A DNA stretch of 64,000 nucleotides from Phoronis australis. Its lineage: Eukaryota; Animalia; Phoronida. Below are positions 62,671 to 64,000 of the stretch, piece after piece. How positions within the stretch are numbered: position 1 is the stretch's first letter; every line of letters begins with the position of its first letter. The notes beneath the pieces were generated by a model. It had not been told where the DNA came from, made no database searches, and was given only the letters and a program-made list of their open reading frames with translations. Made by a program: the position numbers and the translations under genes. The DNA lies in NCBI GenBank assembly GCA_002633005.1, contig NMRA01000162.1, positions 551,632 through 615,631 on the forward strand. Reading direction: 5' to 3'.

Positions 62671-63072
62671 GGCCCGGTCTCCAATCTTTTTACTCGAAAT
62701 GGAACTCGAAATTAGGTTTGTCATTTTCTACTCTACTTTTGGGCGAACTCAAGATAAGTGTCTATTATTCTATGCTTGAGTACACAATAACTTACGTAGA
62801 TAATTTATTGCCCTTAGTTCACAGTTTGTAAACCCAATATTAAAGCAATAATTTCGAGTTTGAACTCGAAATTTCGAGTTTTTACTCTAGTTTGTAGCAC
62901 AAATATAAGGGTCTTCAAGGGTAAACTTGAACTAGAAACTCCTATGCATAAACTATAATGTATTCGAGCACAGTCTGATAACCAATTGTCTTAAGTTCGC
63001 ACAAAAGGAGCAGAGAAATTTCCAAAAAATAGTTTCGAGTTCGTTTCGAGTACAAAGATTAGAGACCGGGCC
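62671..63072. mobile_element. PIF/Harbinger-like MITE
   Basis: TIR GGCCCGGTCTC.AATCTTT / AAAGATT.GAGACCGGGCC flanked by CAG/CTG; internal ACTCGAAA/TTTCGAGT repeats. Confidence 0.8.
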
Positions 63073-64000
63073 CTGGGCAAGTCAAAACTCTTAAGGAGGC
63101 GCAATTTCACCGAAACCTTTGGCATGAATCAGTGATATAAAAATGGAATTAGACCGACTTTAATTCATCAGCAATGTAGACACAACAGTTACAGACACTA
63201 ACTGCGTTTGTTAAAGTCTTGTGACAATGATAAAAATAATTGTTTCTACTATGATTGAAAAATGTTTTACTCTGATGAGGTATGATGCAATATGCATGTC
63301 TAATATGCAGATCGGCAGTTGCAAAAATTGTTACTGGGTTTAATGAATCCGTTTGTTATGAACCACTGCAAAAGTATTTTTACTAATTGTACATTCGAAG
63401 CACGCCTCATTCGAATAAAACATACACATGCTTGATGATCCTGGGAGTACAGGCATGAATGAGGATACGTAGTTGTTAAGCCATAGATGATAATAAGGCT
63501 TACATAATATCACACTGAGCCATCTACACCAGGCATATACAAAGGATACAGTATTTCAAAACAATCCACAACTACCAATTTTCATAGTCATAACTGCTCA
63601 TTTTTCATAGTATTACTAAATCAGGAACACCTAGATTTATATAAGAAGTTTGATGCTACACAACCTGCTCTCCCACATTTATGGGAGGCCTAATTTGAAA
63701 CATTTAACGGCATATTTTTTCTATGCAAGATTAAAACCAAGCAAAACATGTTAACTCTCCAGGACCAAAAATAAATATCTCAAAACCAGAAATTTTACCT
63801 AAGCAGGAATTAAAACAATCCAATACATTGAGATTGTTTTCACACAGAAGACCAAAAAACAAATGAAGACCAAAAAACAAATGAAGACCAAAATTCACCA
63901 CGTCAACACTGAAAATTTATCACATCAGCACCTATAATTTATCAAGTGAGGACAAAAAATTCTTCACTTTAGGATCAAAATAAAATACGACCGAACTGAA

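Overview
Eukaryotic (metazoan, probably marine invertebrate) genomic DNA, AT-rich and TE-dense, with spliceosomal intron signals. No prokaryotic operons, rRNA, credible tRNA genes or CRISPR arrays were seen. Best-supported features: (1) a full-length but inactivated Mag-type Ty3/Gypsy LTR retrotransposon (34428-45339; 162-bp LTRs, CCACA TSD, tRNA-Ser-type PBS, PPT). It carries a 6.4-kb Kolobok-type DNA transposon in its RT and a 189-bp inverted copy of that Kolobok's interior. (2) Two TSD-bounded Academ transposons, further Kolobok/THAP remnants, a head-to-tail Helentron/HINE dimer, a Penelope remnant and several MITEs. Between the TEs lies what looks like an array of about 5-6 highly diverged paralogues of a single-pass membrane receptor. 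Two copies keep intact ~200-aa TM+cytoplasmic exons with a shared VLxDSIExLVxMSLKTExNIYE block (45437-46035, 59292-59941). Other copies are decayed; by eye their ectodomain exons resemble divergent discoidin (F5/8 type C) and TNFR-like Cys modules. A broken PARP-like catalytic domain sits at the left end. All domain assignments come from visual motif matching only and need HMM or structure confirmation.
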